The notes: generated from the sequence alone by a model not told the origin. A DNA stretch of 64,000 nucleotides from an uncultured Gammaproteobacteria bacterium (GCA_964540635.1 CAZINP010000001.1:9540-73539); one strand, 5' to 3'. Positions 21,812-33,899 are shown, counted from the first letter of the stretch. Numbers and translations are program-made.

Positions 21812-22849
21812 ATGAAAGGCACTAATTACATCTACGCTTCCGCCAAAGTCAGGGCGCTTGAGAAAAAAATATTAGACGAAACGGACATTGAGCGCATGGT
21901 TGACGCGCCGGATTTTTTTAGTGCCTTTAAGGTACTAAACGATACTGATTTTGGCGATAATCTATTAGACTTAGATCCCTTGGATTATCGCAAAGCAATT
22001 AGCGCTGATTTTGAACAAATGCATGATCTGCTTCAAAAAATAACGCCCGAAGAAAATTTGTTTGAATTAATGTTGCTTGAAAGAGATTTCATCAATATAA
22101 AACTTTTCTTTAAGGAAAAACATTTTAAGATTAATGTGGTTGATTACGTTCGTGAAAACACTATTTACGGAAAAGATCATTTAAAAGATTTTGTTTACGA
22201 AACCCACATTCACGAGCCGGCAATTCTTGAGGCTTATGTCATGGAACAGAAAGGCCAAGTTTTAGATCAAGAAATTAAAGATGTTATTTATAGAACCGCC
22301 AAAAAAATTACGGAAAAAACCAGGCCGGATGAAATTGACGCAATGCTTACCCAAGAATACTTTGATCTTAAATTTGAGTTAGCCAAAAATACGGGCAGTC
22401 GCTTTATTGTCAATTACATTAAAATGGAAATTGATGTCAGCAATCTTTTGGTTTGGCTTCGCGCCAAAAGATTAAAGTTAAGCAAAGAGCAGTTAACTCA
22501 AAAACTTATCAAAGGCGGTCATGCTGATGTTAAGAGAATGATTCAATATTATTCTGAAGACGCCAGAAGTTTGAAGTTTTTTGTTAATGCTCATTTTGAC
22601 TTAAGAATTGTTGAAGCATACGATAATTTTTGCGAAAACGACAACTTGTTCGTATTAGAAAAAGCCTTGCAAGACTATAAAATCCGTTATGCCCAAGAAG
22701 CAAAAAGATACAGCTACGGTCCGGAAGTTTTATTTGGATATTTTTTAGCCAAACAAAACGCCAATAACAATATCAGAATTATCTTAACCGGCAAGCTCAA
22801 TAATATGCCGGCCGAAGCGATTAAACAAACAATTAGAGAAGCCTACTAA
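21812..22849 (+). CDS. atpC: V/A-type ATPase subunit C
   Basis: 345-aa helical protein in the operon position between E and F. Confidence 0.75.
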   Translation: MKGTNYIYASAKVRALEKKILDETDIERMVDAPDFFSAFKVLNDTDFGDNLLDLDPLDYRKAISADFEQMHDLLQKITPEENLFELMLLERDFINIKLFFKEKHFKINVVDYVRENTIYGKDHLKDFVYETHIHEPAILEAYVMEQKGQVLDQEIKDVIYRTAKKITEKTRPDEIDAMLTQEYFDLKFELAKNTGSRFIVNYIKMEIDVSNLLVWLRAKRLKLSKEQLTQKLIKGGHADVKRMIQYYSEDARSLKFFVNAHFDLRIVEAYDNFCENDNLFVLEKALQDYKIRYAQEAKRYSYGPEVLFGYFLAKQNANNNIRIILTGKLNNMPAEAIKQTIREAY

Positions 22850-22850
22850 T

Positions 22851-23168
22851 ATGGACTATAAAATTATTATCATCGGCAACGAAGACGCCATCACCGGCTT
22901 TAAGGCTATCGGCCTTGATACTTTTGGCGTTAAATCACAAGAAGACTGTGAAAAAAAGATTTCTGAAATATATGGCTCATCAGACTACGGCGTAATTTTT
23001 ATCACTGAGGACTGGGCCGACAAAGTAAAAATATTTTTAAGTCAATTGCCGCCCAAAGCCTTGCCGGCCATTGTTGCTGTTCCCTCTCAAGCCGGATCAA
23101 CCGGGGCCGGACTGGCTAATCTGAAAAAAATTGTTGAGCAGGCGGTGGGCTCAGATATTCTTTCTTAA
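22851..23168 (+). CDS. atpF: V/A-type ATPase subunit F
   Basis: 105 aa. IIIIGNEDAITGFKAIGLD is typical of subunit F. Confidence 0.8.
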   Translation: MDYKIIIIGNEDAITGFKAIGLDTFGVKSQEDCEKKISEIYGSSDYGVIFITEDWADKVKIFLSQLPPKALPAIVAVPSQAGSTGAGLANLKKIVEQAVGSDILS

Positions 23169-23201
23169 TTTTAAATATTAATCATAAAGATATTAAAAAA
23201 T

Positions 23202-24938
23202 ATGACTGCACAGAACGCAAAAATCATTAAAGTTTCTGGCCCACTAGTCATCGCCTCGGGAATGAAAAATGCCAAGATGTACGAAGTGGTTAAAGTTTCA
23301 GAACAAAAATTGATCGGAGAAATTATCGAACTCAAAGGCGATACCGCTTCGATTCAGGTTTACGAAGAAACCTCCGGGCTAGGACCAGGAGAACCGGTTT
23401 ACCAAACAGGCCAACCGCTATCTGTTGAACTTGGACCGGGTTTATTAAAATCAATTTATGACGGCATTCAACGTCCGCTAAACTTGATCTGCGAAAAGGC
23501 CGGCGATTTTATTACCCGCGGCATAGAAGTACCTTCTATTGATCGCCAGAAAAAATGGCGCTTTGAACCAACGGTAAAAGTTGGCGATCAGGTTGAATCT
23601 GGAGACGTCATTGGCACGGTTAAAGAAACAGAATTGATTGTCCATAAGATTATGGTTCCGTTTGGAATTTCCGGTAAGGTAGAAAAAATAAATGCCGGTG
23701 ATTTTACCGTTGTTGAACCGGTTGCCAAAGTTAACGGACACGATGTAATTATGATGCAGATTTGGCCGATTCGCCAACCACGACCAATCACAGAAAAGCT
23801 CTTACCAACCGAACCGCTTTTAACCGGCCAGCGCGTCATTGATGCTTTTTTTCCGGTTGTAAAAGGCGGAACTGCTTGCGTTCCCGGACCTTTTGGTTCA
23901 GGTAAAACCGTTGTTCAACATCAGTTGGCCAAATGGGCTGATGCAGACGTTATTTTATTTATCGGTTGCGGTGAAAGAGGCAATGAAATGACTGACGTTC
24001 TTCAGGAGTTTCCCGAATTGATTGATCCAAAATCCGGCAAACCCCTAATGGAAAGAACCGTTTTGATTGCCAACACTTCTAACATGCCGGTCGCCGCGCG
24101 TGAAGCTTCAGTTTATACCGGTATTACCATTGCTGAATATTTCAGAGATATGGGCCTTAAAGTTGCCTTAATGGGCGATTCAACCTCACGCTGGGCCGAA
24201 GCCTTAAGAGAAATGTCCGGTCGCTTGGAAGAAATGCCCGGCGAAGAAGGTTACCCGGCTTATTTGGGTTCTCGTACCGCCAGTTTTTACGAACGCGCCG
24301 GCTACGTAAAATGCTTAGGCTCCCAAGGACGCACCGGCTCACTGACTGTTATTGGTGCTGTTTCCCCTCCAGGTGGCGACCTTTCTGAACCGGTTACTCA
24401 AAACACTTTACGCGTAGTTAAAGTTTTCTGGGGCTTAGACGCTCAATTGGCTTATCGCCGCCACTTCCCCGCCATTAATTGGCTGACAAGTTATTCACTC
24501 TATTCTGATGACATTTCTGACTTTATGAGAAAAAACGCCGGTTCAGATTGGCCGGAAATGAAAACAGAAGCCATGAGCTTACTGCAGCAAGAAGCCAAGC
24601 TTGAAGAAATTGTGAGATTGGTCGGCGTTGAATCGTTATCAGCCAAAGAACAGTTAATTTTGGACACTGCTAAATCTTTACGTGAAGACTTCTTACATCA
24701 AAACGCTTTTGATGATATTGACACCTTTACATCCGCCAAAAAAATGTATTGGATGTTAAAAGCCATTTTAACTTTCCACGCCGAATCAACTGAAGCCTTG
24801 GAAAAAGGCGAAAAGTTAAAAGACTTAATTAACTTGCCGATTAAAGAAAAAATTGGCAAGGCAAAAATGGTTGAAGAAAAAAATCTCAACCAGCTAGAAA
24901 AGTTGGTTTTGGAAATTAAATCAGAAATTAACAAATAA
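23202..24938 (+). CDS. atpA: V/A-type ATPase catalytic subunit A
   Basis: Walker A GPFGSGKT is present, with non-homologous region and catalytic blocks typical of A subunits. Confidence 0.95.
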   Translation: MTAQNAKIIKVSGPLVIASGMKNAKMYEVVKVSEQKLIGEIIELKGDTASIQVYEETSGLGPGEPVYQTGQPLSVELGPGLLKSIYDGIQRPLNLICEKAGDFITRGIEVPSIDRQKKWRFEPTVKVGDQVESGDVIGTVKETELIVHKIMVPFGISGKVEKINAGDFTVVEPVAKVNGHDVIMMQIWPIRQPRPITEKLLPTEPLLTGQRVIDAFFPVVKGGTACVPGPFGSGKTVVQHQLAKWADADVILFIGCGERGNEMTDVLQEFPELIDPKSGKPLMERTVLIANTSNMPVAAREASVYTGITIAEYFRDMGLKVALMGDSTSRWAEALREMSGRLEEMPGEEGYPAYLGSRTASFYERAGYVKCLGSQGRTGSLTVIGAVSPPGGDLSEPVTQNTLRVVKVFWGLDAQLAYRRHFPAINWLTSYSLYSDDISDFMRKNAGSDWPEMKTEAMSLLQQEAKLEEIVRLVGVESLSAKEQLILDTAKSLREDFLHQNAFDDIDTFTSAKKMYWMLKAILTFHAESTEALEKGEKLKDLINLPIKEKIGKAKMVEEKNLNQLEKLVLEIKSEINK

Positions 24939-24949
24939 ATAGAATTAAT

Positions 24950-26338
24950 ATGCTTAAACAGTACAAAACCATCAAGCAAATAGCCGGCCCGCTTTTGATC
25001 GTTGAAGGCGTCAGTGACGTCAAATACGAAGAAATGGTAGAAGTTGAACTCTCAGACGGTTCAAAACGCCGCGGCCGTGTCTTGGAAATATCTCAAGACA
25101 AAGCCGTTGTCCAGATGTTTGAAGAATCTCGCGGCTTGGAAGTAGCCGGCGCTAAAGTTACTTTCCTTGGCAAAACCATGGAAGTCGGCGTAAGTAAAGA
25201 CATGCTCGGCAGAATCTTTGACGGCGCCGGCAAACCAAAAGACGGTCTGCCCAATATTATCCCCGAAAAAAAATTAGATATCAACAGCGCCCCGATTAAT
25301 CCCTACGCCAGAAATTTCCCCAACGACTTCATTCAAACCGGTATTTCCACCATTGACGGACTTAACACCTTGGTGCGCGGTCAAAAATTACCTATCTTTT
25401 CCGCTTCCGGCCTGCCCCACTCTGAATTTGCCGCTCAAATCGCCAGACAAGCCAAAGTCGCCAAACCAGACGGCACAACCGAAGGAAACTTTGCGGTTGT
25501 ATTCGCTGCCATGGGCATCACCTTTGAAGAATCAGAATTTTTTATCAACCAGTTCAAAGAAACCGGCGCTATTTCAAGGGCCGTACTTTACGTTAACTTG
25601 GCCAATGATCCGGTGGTTGAGCGTATCACCCTGCCGCGCATTGCCTTAACAACTGCCGAATATCTGGCCTTTGAACTTGATATGCACGTTTTGGTGATTT
25701 TAACTGACTTAACCAATTACTGCGAAGCCTTACGCGAAATATCCGCAGCCAGAAAAGAAATTCCTGGCCGCCGCGGTTACCCGGGCTATCTATATACCGA
25801 CCTTTCCACCATTTATGAGCGCGCCGGCAGAATTAAGGGCCGAAAAGGTTCCATTACCCAAATCCCGGTTTTAACCATGCCTGAAGACGATAAGACTCAT
25901 CCGATCCCCGACTTAACCGGTTATATTACCGAAGGTCAAATTATGCTTTCACGCGAATTGCATCGCAAAGGTATTTATCCGCCGGTTGATGTTTTACCTT
26001 CACTTTCTCGTTTAAAAGATAAGGGTATTGGCGACGGCAAAACTCGCGAAGATCACTCCGGTGTTTTAAACCAAATCTTTGCTGCCTATGCCAGGGGCAA
26101 AGAAGCCAAAGAGTTAGCTGTTATCTTGGGTGAATCAGCACTTTCCGAAGAAGATAAAAAGTTCGCCCAATTTGCCGATGCCTTTGAAAATTGCTACGTT
26201 CGCCAAGGCCGCGACCAAGACAGAAGCATTAAAGAAACTTTGGATTTAAGTTGGGACTTACTTTCAATTTTACCGCGCTCGGAACTAAAACGCGTTAAAG
26301 AAAATCACATCGAAAAATATCTTCCCAAAAAAGATTAA
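24950..26338 (+). CDS. atpB: V/A-type ATPase subunit B
   Basis: 462 aa. The blocks are homologous to the non-catalytic B subunit (no P-loop lysine context, [16 protein letters not shown]). Confidence 0.9.
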   Translation: MLKQYKTIKQIAGPLLIVEGVSDVKYEEMVEVELSDGSKRRGRVLEISQDKAVVQMFEESRGLEVAGAKVTFLGKTMEVGVSKDMLGRIFDGAGKPKDGLPNIIPEKKLDINSAPINPYARNFPNDFIQTGISTIDGLNTLVRGQKLPIFSASGLPHSEFAAQIARQAKVAKPDGTTEGNFAVVFAAMGITFEESEFFINQFKETGAISRAVLYVNLANDPVVERITLPRIALTTAEYLAFELDMHVLVILTDLTNYCEALREISAARKEIPGRRGYPGYLYTDLSTIYERAGRIKGRKGSITQIPVLTMPEDDKTHPIPDLTGYITEGQIMLSRELHRKGIYPPVDVLPSLSRLKDKGIGDGKTREDHSGVLNQIFAAYARGKEAKELAVILGESALSEEDKKFAQFADAFENCYVRQGRDQDRSIKETLDLSWDLLSILPRSELKRVKENHIEKYLPKKD

Positions 26339-26366
26339 ACCAAACGATAAATAACCATCAATTTTT

Positions 26367-26996
26367 GTGGCTAATAAACTCAACGTCAATCCAACCCGCC
26401 AAGAATTGCTTAAGCTTAAAGTCAAGCTTAAGACGATTCAGCGCGGTCATAAATTGCTCAAAGAAAAGCGAGACGGGCTGATGAAAAATTTCATGGCAAT
26501 CATTCGTCAAGCAAAAACTTTGCGAGAACAAATTGAACAAGACTTGGGCAAAGGTTTTTTCTCCTATGTTTTTTTCTCTTCAAAAATTCCAATGTCTGTT
26601 ATTAACGAATCATTGGCAGTCCCAACCAAAAAAGTAAGCTTGCAGGCTAAAACCAGAAATGTCATGGGTGTGGAAGTGCCGGAATTCGTTTACCAAGAAA
26701 ATGGTGATTTTATGTGTTATGATTTAGTTACCACCTCAACCAGTTTGGACAAAGCTTTAATCACTTTTTCGGAAGCGATAAAAAACATGGTTAAGCTAGC
26801 TGAAATTGAACACTCCGCAAAACTTTTGGCAACGGAAATTGAAAAAACCAGAAGGCGCGTTAATGCTTTGGAATATGTTTACATTCCCGATACGATTGAA
26901 ACTATCAAATATATCACCAGTAAACTCAACGAACAAGAACGAGGAACAATAATCACCTTAATGAAGGTCAAAGAATTAATCGCCGCTCAAGAATAA
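26367..26996 (+). CDS. atpD: V/A-type ATPase central stalk subunit D
   Basis: GTG start. Long coiled-coil helices (NPTRQELLKLKVKLKTIQRGHKLLKEKRDGL) are typical of subunit D. Confidence 0.8.
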   Translation: MANKLNVNPTRQELLKLKVKLKTIQRGHKLLKEKRDGLMKNFMAIIRQAKTLREQIEQDLGKGFFSYVFFSSKIPMSVINESLAVPTKKVSLQAKTRNVMGVEVPEFVYQENGDFMCYDLVTTSTSLDKALITFSEAIKNMVKLAEIEHSAKLLATEIEKTRRRVNALEYVYIPDTIETIKYITSKLNEQERGTIITLMKVKELIAAQE

Positions 26997-27008
26997 AACA
27001 GTATAAAC

Positions 27009-27038
27009 AAAAAACCCGGCATGGTCGGGTTTTTTGTT
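27009..27038 (+). terminator. Rho-independent terminator of the ATPase operon
   Basis: AAAAA-ACCCGgcatggtCGGGT-TTTTTGTTTTT. Confidence 0.65.
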
Positions 27039-27123
27039 TTTAAAAAATTTGCTTGCTTTTCGGTAGAAAACTAGGTAAATTAATATTGGTTATTTAATGA
27101 GAAAAAATGGTATAATTATTTTT

Positions 27124-28371
27124 ATGAATAACGATAAAAAATACGATGTGGCAGTCATCGGCGGCGGTCCGGCCGGCCTGATGGCAGCCGGTTGGGCTGC
27201 CCAAAACGGCGCGCGCGCCGTTTTAATTGAAAAAAATCCAATACTGGGCCGCAAACTTTTAATAACCGGCAAAGGGCGATGCAATTTGACCAGCGCCGAA
27301 GAAGATTCAAAAAAATTTATCAAAACCGTTGGCGAAAACGGTAATTTTTTACACTCCGCCCTTTATGCCTTTGGCACCAAACAAACCATGGATTTTTTTC
27401 AAAATCAAGGCCTGGCAATTAAAGTTGAACGCGGACAAAGGGTTTTTCCGGTTTCGGATAAATCTTATGATGTGCTATCAGCCCTGGAAAAATTTTTGCA
27501 AAAAGGGAAAGTCCAAATAATTAAAAATCAAAACGTCAAAGATATGGTTTTAAAAAATAATAAAATTGAAAAAATAATTTTAAACGATTCTGAAATCACG
27601 GCTAAAAATTATATAATTTCAACGGGTGGATTATCTTATCCTGAAACCGGCTGCCAAGGCGACGGCTACAAATGGTGCGAAAAAATGGGCCACACCATAA
27701 ATAAAACCCGTCCCGGGCTGGTCCCGATTTTGGTTAAGGAAAAATGGGTTAAAAAAATTGAAGGCTTAAGCTTGAAAAACGTTTCCATTAGTCTTTGGCA
27801 AAATAATAAAAAACAAGCCGAGGAATTTGGCGAAGCGATTTTTACGGCCAAGGGCTTGAGCGGGCCGATTATTTTAAATTTAAGCAAAGTGGCGGGCGAA
27901 TTGCTGCCCTTGGGCGATATTGAAATCAAAATAAATTTCAAACCCGCCATTACCCTGCAAACCCTAGAAAAAAGATTGTTGACTGAAATCGTACAATCAC
28001 CAAACGAACATTATAAAAATTTTTTAACACGGCTTTTGCCACAAAAAATGATTCCGACATTTATTGAATTATCAAAAATTTTGCCGAACCAAAAAATCGG
28101 GCAGCTCACCAAAGAAAATCGAAAAAATATTTTAAAGTTATTAACCGAATTCAAACTAAATATTTTAAGCTTAGACGGCTACGAAAAAGCAATAATCACC
28201 CTGGGTGGAGTTGAGCCAAAAGAAATTGATCCTAAAACAATGCGATCAAAAATTATTGAAAATCTTTTTTTGGCCGGGGAAATAATTGACGTTCACGGAC
28301 CAACCGGCGGCTATAATCTGCAGATTTGTTTTGCCACAGGTTATCTGGCCGGTAAAAACTCTGCACCATAA
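27124..28371 (+). CDS. HI0933/YhiN-like NAD(FAD)-utilising flavoprotein
   Basis: An N-terminal Rossmann motif (YDVAVIGGGPAGLMAA) is present. The LITGKGRCNLT and GGLSYPETG blocks are typical of the HI0933-like family. The start is moved to M10 of the track ORF. Confidence 0.75.
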   Translation: MNNDKKYDVAVIGGGPAGLMAAGWAAQNGARAVLIEKNPILGRKLLITGKGRCNLTSAEEDSKKFIKTVGENGNFLHSALYAFGTKQTMDFFQNQGLAIKVERGQRVFPVSDKSYDVLSALEKFLQKGKVQIIKNQNVKDMVLKNNKIEKIILNDSEITAKNYIISTGGLSYPETGCQGDGYKWCEKMGHTINKTRPGLVPILVKEKWVKKIEGLSLKNVSISLWQNNKKQAEEFGEAIFTAKGLSGPIILNLSKVAGELLPLGDIEIKINFKPAITLQTLEKRLLTEIVQSPNEHYKNFLTRLLPQKMIPTFIELSKILPNQKIGQLTKENRKNILKLLTEFKLNILSLDGYEKAIITLGGVEPKEIDPKTMRSKIIENLFLAGEIIDVHGPTGGYNLQICFATGYLAGKNSAP

Positions 28372-28430
28372 ACTCATTTGACAAACAAGATTATATAAAC
28401 TAAACTTTTCAGAATACGGAGGAAACAGAA

Positions 28431-28820
28431 ATGAAAAGCATGATCATTTTAAATTTTACTTGGGCACACCAAGGATTGATTGCCACCGGCCAAAAGCCAA
28501 CCCGACCCGAGCAAATCGATTGGCTCATTGGCCAAGGCATTCGAGCGATTGTTTCGCTTGAAGATATTCCGGATTCGATTGCTTTACTAATACGATCGTG
28601 CGGGCTAGATTATTTATTCTTTGACCTGGACGAGTGGTCTGACAGCGATCATTTCGATGTTAGCAAAGTACCGGAAGAAAAATTTGTGGAATTCAACGAT
28701 TTTGTTTTAGGCTCACTTGGGCTAAATCGCCCGATTTTTGTTCACTGCTCCGGCGGCATCAGACGTTCACCGGAAATGGTTAAAAGGTTTTTGAAAAAAT
28801 ACCTACAACCAAAAATCTAA
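28431..28820 (+). CDS. Small dual-specificity/tyrosine phosphatase-like protein (CX5R)
   Basis: VHCSGGIRRSP is a PTP-loop CX5R signature. The protein is 129 aa. Confidence 0.65.
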   Translation: MKSMIILNFTWAHQGLIATGQKPTRPEQIDWLIGQGIRAIVSLEDIPDSIALLIRSCGLDYLFFDLDEWSDSDHFDVSKVPEEKFVEFNDFVLGSLGLNRPIFVHCSGGIRRSPEMVKRFLKKYLQPKI

Positions 28821-28903
28821 ATGTTCCGACCGATTTGCGGCCGGTTTTTTTAATTTGCCAAAGACAAAAAAAACCGCTAAAATTGATAAATAATCTACCC
28901 ACT

Positions 28904-30424
28904 ATGAATTTCAAAAAACAAATTGTCCTAATCATACTTGACGGCTGGGGACATCGTACCGAAAAAGAATACAACGCAATTATTGAAGCTGATACCCCTT
29001 TTTTTGATCGACTTTGGCAAACCTATCCGCACACCTTGCTTGAGGCTAGCGGTTTGGCCGTAGGTTTACCCGAAGGTCAAATGGGAACCTCTGAAGTCGG
29101 CCACACCACAATTGGACTTGGCCGAACTATTGATACTGATCTGGTTAGAATTAATAAATCAGCCGCCAATGGTGAATTTAAAAACAATCCGACCTTTCAT
29201 GGTCTTTTTAATCATGTTAAAAAATACGACTCAACTTTGCATGTTCAAGGCTTAATCGGTCCAGGCGGCGTTCACAGCAGCCAGGAACATCTATTTGCAT
29301 TTATCAAGGCAGCTAAAGAAGCTGAGATTAATAAAATTGCCATTCACGCATTTACTGACGGTCGCGACACCGCCCCGCAAAGTTCAGCCGGCTTTTTAGA
29401 AGAATTGGAAAAATTTCTCTCAGAAATCGGCATTGGATTTATTGCCAGCACCAGCGGCCGCTATTACGCCATGGATAGAGATAACAATTGGGACAGATTA
29501 GATTTAGCCTATCAAGCAATGTTTTGCGGTCAAGCAAAAAAAACTTGCCAAACCCGCCAGCCATCAACGGTCTTAAAAGAACTTTATTTAAATAATATAA
29601 TTGATGAACAGCTTGAACCGATTGTTTTTCTGGATGAAAAGGGCTGCAGTTGGCCCGTTGGGAAAAATGACGGTATCTTCTTTTTTAACTTCAGGTCTGA
29701 TCGGGCAAAAATGCTAGCCAAAAAAATAATGGAAGATGCGGAAAAAAACAACTGGTATTTTGCCACTATGACAGAATACAGTAAAGACATAAAATCAAAC
29801 ATCGCCTTTCCTTCACTAAAAATTGAAACCACGCTGGCCGAACAAATTTCGTTGGCCGGCTTGAGCCAGGCCCATATCGCGGAGACGGAAAAATTTGCTC
29901 ACGCCACCTTATTTCTAAACGGTGGTCGCGAAACTCCATACGAAAACGAAGTTGACATTCTAATTGAAAGCCGCAAAGACATAAAAACTCACGATCTAGC
30001 GCCAAAAATGAAGGCCAAAGAAATAGCCGATGAGGCGATTAAACAGATTAAAAATGGAACAAATTTTATTTTCATAAATTTTGCCAATGCAGATATGGTT
30101 GGTCACACCGCTAATCGCGAGGCACTAATTCAAGCTGTTGAAGAAGTTGATTTTCAATTTGATAGAGTCATTGACGAGGCAATTAAAAATAATGCTGCCG
30201 CGATCGTCACGGCTGATCATGGCAATGCGGAAGTATATTATGATATTGTTACCGATAGCAAACACACGGCCCACACAACAAGCCTGGTGCCGTTTATTCT
30301 AACAGAAGAAAAGATTGAACTAAGTGATCACGGCAGCTTAGCTGATATTGCGCCAACAATCTTAGAAATTTTGGAAATAAAAAAACCGGAATTCATGACC
30401 GGTAAAAGTTTAATTAAAAAATAA
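28904..30424 (+). CDS. gpmI: 2,3-bisphosphoglycerate-independent phosphoglycerate mutase
   Basis: LIILDGWG, GQMGTSEVGH and the ADMVGHT and ADHGNAE metal-site blocks are present. The track ORF starts at an upstream TTG. An ATG at 28904 fits iPGM N-termini. Confidence 0.85.
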   Translation: MNFKKQIVLIILDGWGHRTEKEYNAIIEADTPFFDRLWQTYPHTLLEASGLAVGLPEGQMGTSEVGHTTIGLGRTIDTDLVRINKSAANGEFKNNPTFHGLFNHVKKYDSTLHVQGLIGPGGVHSSQEHLFAFIKAAKEAEINKIAIHAFTDGRDTAPQSSAGFLEELEKFLSEIGIGFIASTSGRYYAMDRDNNWDRLDLAYQAMFCGQAKKTCQTRQPSTVLKELYLNNIIDEQLEPIVFLDEKGCSWPVGKNDGIFFFNFRSDRAKMLAKKIMEDAEKNNWYFATMTEYSKDIKSNIAFPSLKIETTLAEQISLAGLSQAHIAETEKFAHATLFLNGGRETPYENEVDILIESRKDIKTHDLAPKMKAKEIADEAIKQIKNGTNFIFINFANADMVGHTANREALIQAVEEVDFQFDRVIDEAIKNNAAAIVTADHGNAEVYYDIVTDSKHTAHTTSLVPFILTEEKIELSDHGSLADIAPTILEILEIKKPEFMTGKSLIKK

Positions 30425-30432
30425 CTTCTCAA

Positions 30433-30462
30433 TGCCCCGCAAAAGCGGGGTATTTTTATTTT
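30433..30462 (+). terminator. Rho-independent terminator
   Basis: The hairpin CCCCGCaaaaGCGGGG is followed by TATTTTTATTTT. Confidence 0.6.
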
Positions 30463-31919
30463 ACTTCGTGATATTCTTTTTCCGTATTAACCAACCAAAT
30501 ATTTTCCTTATCTTTTCTTCCAGCCCTGATATTATCAACGGCAGTCATTGCACTTAAAATTGAATGGTCCATATTATTATAGTGATGCATTCCATTGCGA
30601 CCAATCAAAAAAAGATTATCAAATTTATCAAACTCTTCTTTAATAAAGTTAAATTTTTCATATACTCCGAAATAGGCCGGATAAGCTTTTTTTTGTCTAA
30701 AAACTTTTGCCGAAACCAAATCATTTTCAATAATCAGCCCAAGGGACTTAAGTTCACTTTGGGCCATCTTAATAATCTTTTCATCCGTTTTTTCCCAAAG
30801 ATCATCTCCTTGGTTGGAAAAATATTCCGCACCGACAACAAGCGATTGCTTGGTCGGCAACATGGCCGAACTGAAATTATTAACAAAATCCAAGCGACCC
30901 ATCTTTAAATTTTTTTCCTGGACATAAATCCAATTATCTTTTATTTTTTTAATAATCTCTTCTGACTTTAAACCTTCAAACAAAAAACCAACTAGAATAT
31001 AATCTCGATAAATTAAATTCTTTGCCAGTTCAAAAATATGATTATCAATCGCTTCTTTTAAATATTCGGCTAATTCATCAATCGGAATAGAGCTTAAAAA
31101 ATAATTACCAGAAAAATTAACTTCTTGGCCATTGTTTAAATCAAACGATTTTACGTTCAATAATGAAGTGCCGTCACAATCAATTGAAATTATTTTCTGA
31201 TTATAGTAAATCTCTCCACCTAATGAAACAATTTTTTTGGCCAGACTTTCATACATCTGCCCGGCACCCATTCTTGGATAATAAAATTTTTCAATCAGGC
31301 TGGTTTGGACATTCTTATTCTTTACCATCTTAAAAATTTTTTTTATAGCATGGGCTAGCACCTCTTTAATAGAAACGCCTTTAACTCGTTGCGAACCCCA
31401 ATCTGCCGGAATCTTTTCGCAACCAACTCCCCAAACTTTTTGTGTGTAATCTTTAAAAAAGGTTTTGTATAATTCATAACCAAACCGATTAATATAAAAA
31501 TCAGCCAAAGATTTTTCCGGCTTAATGGGCTTGAATCTTACATATAAATAACTTAAAGCAATTTTAATTATACGCCTAAAACCCAACTGACGCAGCGTTT
31601 TTAAATTCAAAGCAATCGGATAATCAAAAAAATTATTTTCAAAAATTATTCTTGTCTGCCTTGATACTTCAAAAAAATCATTCTTATCCGGAAGTATTTT
31701 TTGCCAGAAATCAAAGACTCGATCGGATTTGGTAAAAAACCGATGCGGGCCCAAATCAATCAAAGCTTTATTAAAACCAACTGTTTTTGATATACCACCC
31801 GGCCTATCTTCTTTTTCTAAAATAATAGGTTTAATTTGTGTCTTTTCCAATAATTCTAAAGCGGCTGTTAAACCAGCCGGACCAGCTCCCAAAATTATCG
31901 CTATTTTATTTTCCATCAA
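30456..31919 (-). CDS. FAD/NAD(P)-binding amine-oxidase-fold protein, UDP-galactopyranose mutase-like
   Basis: The Rossmann motif [15 protein letters not shown] is present. RPGGISKT...GPHRFFT...DFWQKI follows the Glf/UGM N-terminal pattern. At 487 aa it is longer than canonical Glf. Confidence 0.5.
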   Translation of the reverse strand: MMENKIAIILGAGPAGLTAALELLEKTQIKPIILEKEDRPGGISKTVGFNKALIDLGPHRFFTKSDRVFDFWQKILPDKNDFFEVSRQTRIIFENNFFDYPIALNLKTLRQLGFRRIIKIALSYLYVRFKPIKPEKSLADFYINRFGYELYKTFFKDYTQKVWGVGCEKIPADWGSQRVKGVSIKEVLAHAIKKIFKMVKNKNVQTSLIEKFYYPRMGAGQMYESLAKKIVSLGGEIYYNQKIISIDCDGTSLLNVKSFDLNNGQEVNFSGNYFLSSIPIDELAEYLKEAIDNHIFELAKNLIYRDYILVGFLFEGLKSEEIIKKIKDNWIYVQEKNLKMGRLDFVNNFSSAMLPTKQSLVVGAEYFSNQGDDLWEKTDEKIIKMAQSELKSLGLIIENDLVSAKVFRQKKAYPAYFGVYEKFNFIKEEFDKFDNLFLIGRNGMHHYNNMDHSILSAMTAVDNIRAGRKDKENIWLVNTEKEYHEVK

Positions 31920-31920
31920 A

Positions 31921-33738
31921 TTATTTAAAATGATAAACCCTAAAAACTAAATCGCCTTTATTGTTATAAATTTCCATTGGTTTAATTTTTAATTCTTTAA
32001 GCCTTGCTTCCGTATTTTCAATTAAAGACTTAAAGCTTGAAAAATATGTGGCATTAGCGTCGTAAACTTTGCTGCTTACCGGCACTATAAACCAAAAATC
32101 TTTTACGCCCAAAGATTTTAGTTCTTTAATGCCCGTGTTTGGGTCAGACCAATACTGAAAAAGCTGCGAAAGAGAAAAAACAGGCTGGTGACCATAAATT
32201 AGATGGCGATTAAAAATCCAAATTGAACTGAACCAAGAAATTCTATCATCATAGATCAAAACACTTCTATCTTTCAAAGACTCTGGCAGAATTTTTAATT
32301 CAAGCTCACTATTGCTTCTATAAATCTTTTCATCGGGATAAATATTCTCCGAAATAAATTTATCAAGCTGATTAAAACCAAAATTATATGACCTATCTAG
32401 GGCGTAATGACGACCAGGTAAGCCAAACGGTTTATTGGTCAAGTTGGTGTTAACCGAATAGACGAACTCAATAATTAAAAAAATAAAAATTAAAATTAAA
32501 ATTGAATTTCTGATTGTATAAATCGCTCTATTCTTTAAAAAAGAACTTAGGTCAAAAATCAGCATAATAATACCGATAATCAAAAATGGTTCAATAATCG
32601 TAATATACCTGGCCGAAGGGCCCATGAACAAAAACATTAAAATCAAAAATAACAAATGCCAAAAAACAATCTTTTCAAAATTATTATTTTTTCTAAAAAT
32701 CTGCTTTAAAAAAATATATAAACCACCAATAATCTTTAAAACAAAATAACCAAGTGAAGAAAAAGAAAGAATTGAAACGTATTCAGCAAAAAAGTTTTTT
32801 GTTAAACTAAAATTTACAACTTTATTTTTAATTATGGCAAAATCGTCAGGTCGCATCCCAACCATATGACTCAAAGAGGCATCAAAATGACCGCGAGAAA
32901 TAAAAACAAAAAAATTGCAAATTACAATCGGCAAAATTGTAAAAATAAAACCGGCAGCTGCCAGATAAAATTCTCTGGAACGAAAAGTTTTTTTCTGATT
33001 TAAAATTATGTAAATAAAGGCAGCTGGCAATATGTAAATTGCGGTATACTTTGACATAATTGCCAGACCGACAAATATTGCTGCTAAAATAAAATAATAT
33101 TTTTTTTCAAGCGAAAAATAATTAACAAAAAAATAAAGATACATTATCTCAAAAGCAAGAACCAAGCCGTCATTTAAACTCAATCGCGATATCCAGACCG
33201 CAAAAGTTGAAATTGCCAAAAGAAATATCGCCAAAAGCGCTTGTTTTTCATTTTTTTCTTTTTTAATTAAAAAATAAAAAAATAAAATAGCAACCAGATT
33301 CAGTATAGCAATAAAAAAACGAGCCGAAAATGCACTGGCACCAAATAATAAAAAAGCCAACCACTGAAAGAAAAAAAGTAGAGGCGGATGATCATGAAAA
33401 GATAGATTTGCCCACCACGGAATTTTAGAAAACCACTGAATTGGGGTTGTCTGCTGGCTGCTGCCCAGATAATCAAACCAACCCAAAGAACGAAAGGCGT
33501 AATGACCGTCATCATTTAAAAAATCAGCTTGCCCAAGGCCCCAAAATCTAAAAATAAACGCCAAAAAAATTATGGCTAAAAAAAGCAAAAATAACTTTTT
33601 TGAAGAAAAATTATTATTTATCAATTCAATTAATTTTTCTCTTAAATTAGCAATCATACCAATATAAATATACCACTTTTTTATATCTAAACATAGATTG
33701 AGCAAACTGTAACAGATTGCAATTTCTGCCGTCAACAT
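31921..33738 (-). CDS. GT39/GT83-like (PMT/ArnT-type) polytopic glycosyltransferase
   Basis: A DDGHY motif sits in the first extracytoplasmic loop, with 10 or more transmembrane helices and a C-terminal soluble domain. The start is uncertain (M1 at 33738 or M28 at 33657). Confidence 0.6.
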   Translation of the reverse strand: MLTAEIAICYSLLNLCLDIKKWYIYIGMIANLREKLIELINNNFSSKKLFLLFLAIIFLAFIFRFWGLGQADFLNDDGHYAFRSLGWFDYLGSSQQTTPIQWFSKIPWWANLSFHDHPPLLFFFQWLAFLLFGASAFSARFFIAILNLVAILFFYFLIKKEKNEKQALLAIFLLAISTFAVWISRLSLNDGLVLAFEIMYLYFFVNYFSLEKKYYFILAAIFVGLAIMSKYTAIYILPAAFIYIILNQKKTFRSREFYLAAAGFIFTILPIVICNFFVFISRGHFDASLSHMVGMRPDDFAIIKNKVVNFSLTKNFFAEYVSILSFSSLGYFVLKIIGGLYIFLKQIFRKNNNFEKIVFWHLLFLILMFLFMGPSARYITIIEPFLIIGIIMLIFDLSSFLKNRAIYTIRNSILILIFIFLIIEFVYSVNTNLTNKPFGLPGRHYALDRSYNFGFNQLDKFISENIYPDEKIYRSNSELELKILPESLKDRSVLIYDDRISWFSSIWIFNRHLIYGHQPVFSLSQLFQYWSDPNTGIKELKSLGVKDFWFIVPVSSKVYDANATYFSSFKSLIENTEARLKELKIKPMEIYNNKGDLVFRVYHFK

Positions 33739-33742
33739 ATAT

Positions 33743-33894
33743 GCAGGGGGTAATCCTGGAGTAAATTTGACCTAAAAATCACCCAAAATGAGTCCAAGAG
33801 GTCAGGTTCCAGGCATTAATTCCCAAAAAACAGAAAGACTTGTTGCCATACAAAGGTCAGAAAGGCAACGCAAAGGCAGAGGTTTACCCCCTGC
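33743..33894 (-). promoter_or_regulatory. Structured leader RNA candidate upstream of the GT39-like gene
   Basis: The long-range helix GCAGGGGGTAA (33743-53) pairs with TTACCCCCTGC (33884-94). Nested helices CCTGGA/TCCAGG, TGACCT/AGGTCA and TTGCC/GGCAA lie inside it. A mutually exclusive local hairpin AAAGGCAG/CTGCCTTT is possible. The start codon sits 4 nt from one arm. Confidence 0.3.
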
Positions 33895-33899
33895 CTTTG

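Noticed and set aside
28835-28903. Upstream extension of the gpmI ORF (MRPVFLICQRQKKPLKLINNLPT)
   Set aside because: It starts at a TTG within a terminator-like hairpin region. The conserved iPGM N-terminus begins at the ATG at 28904.
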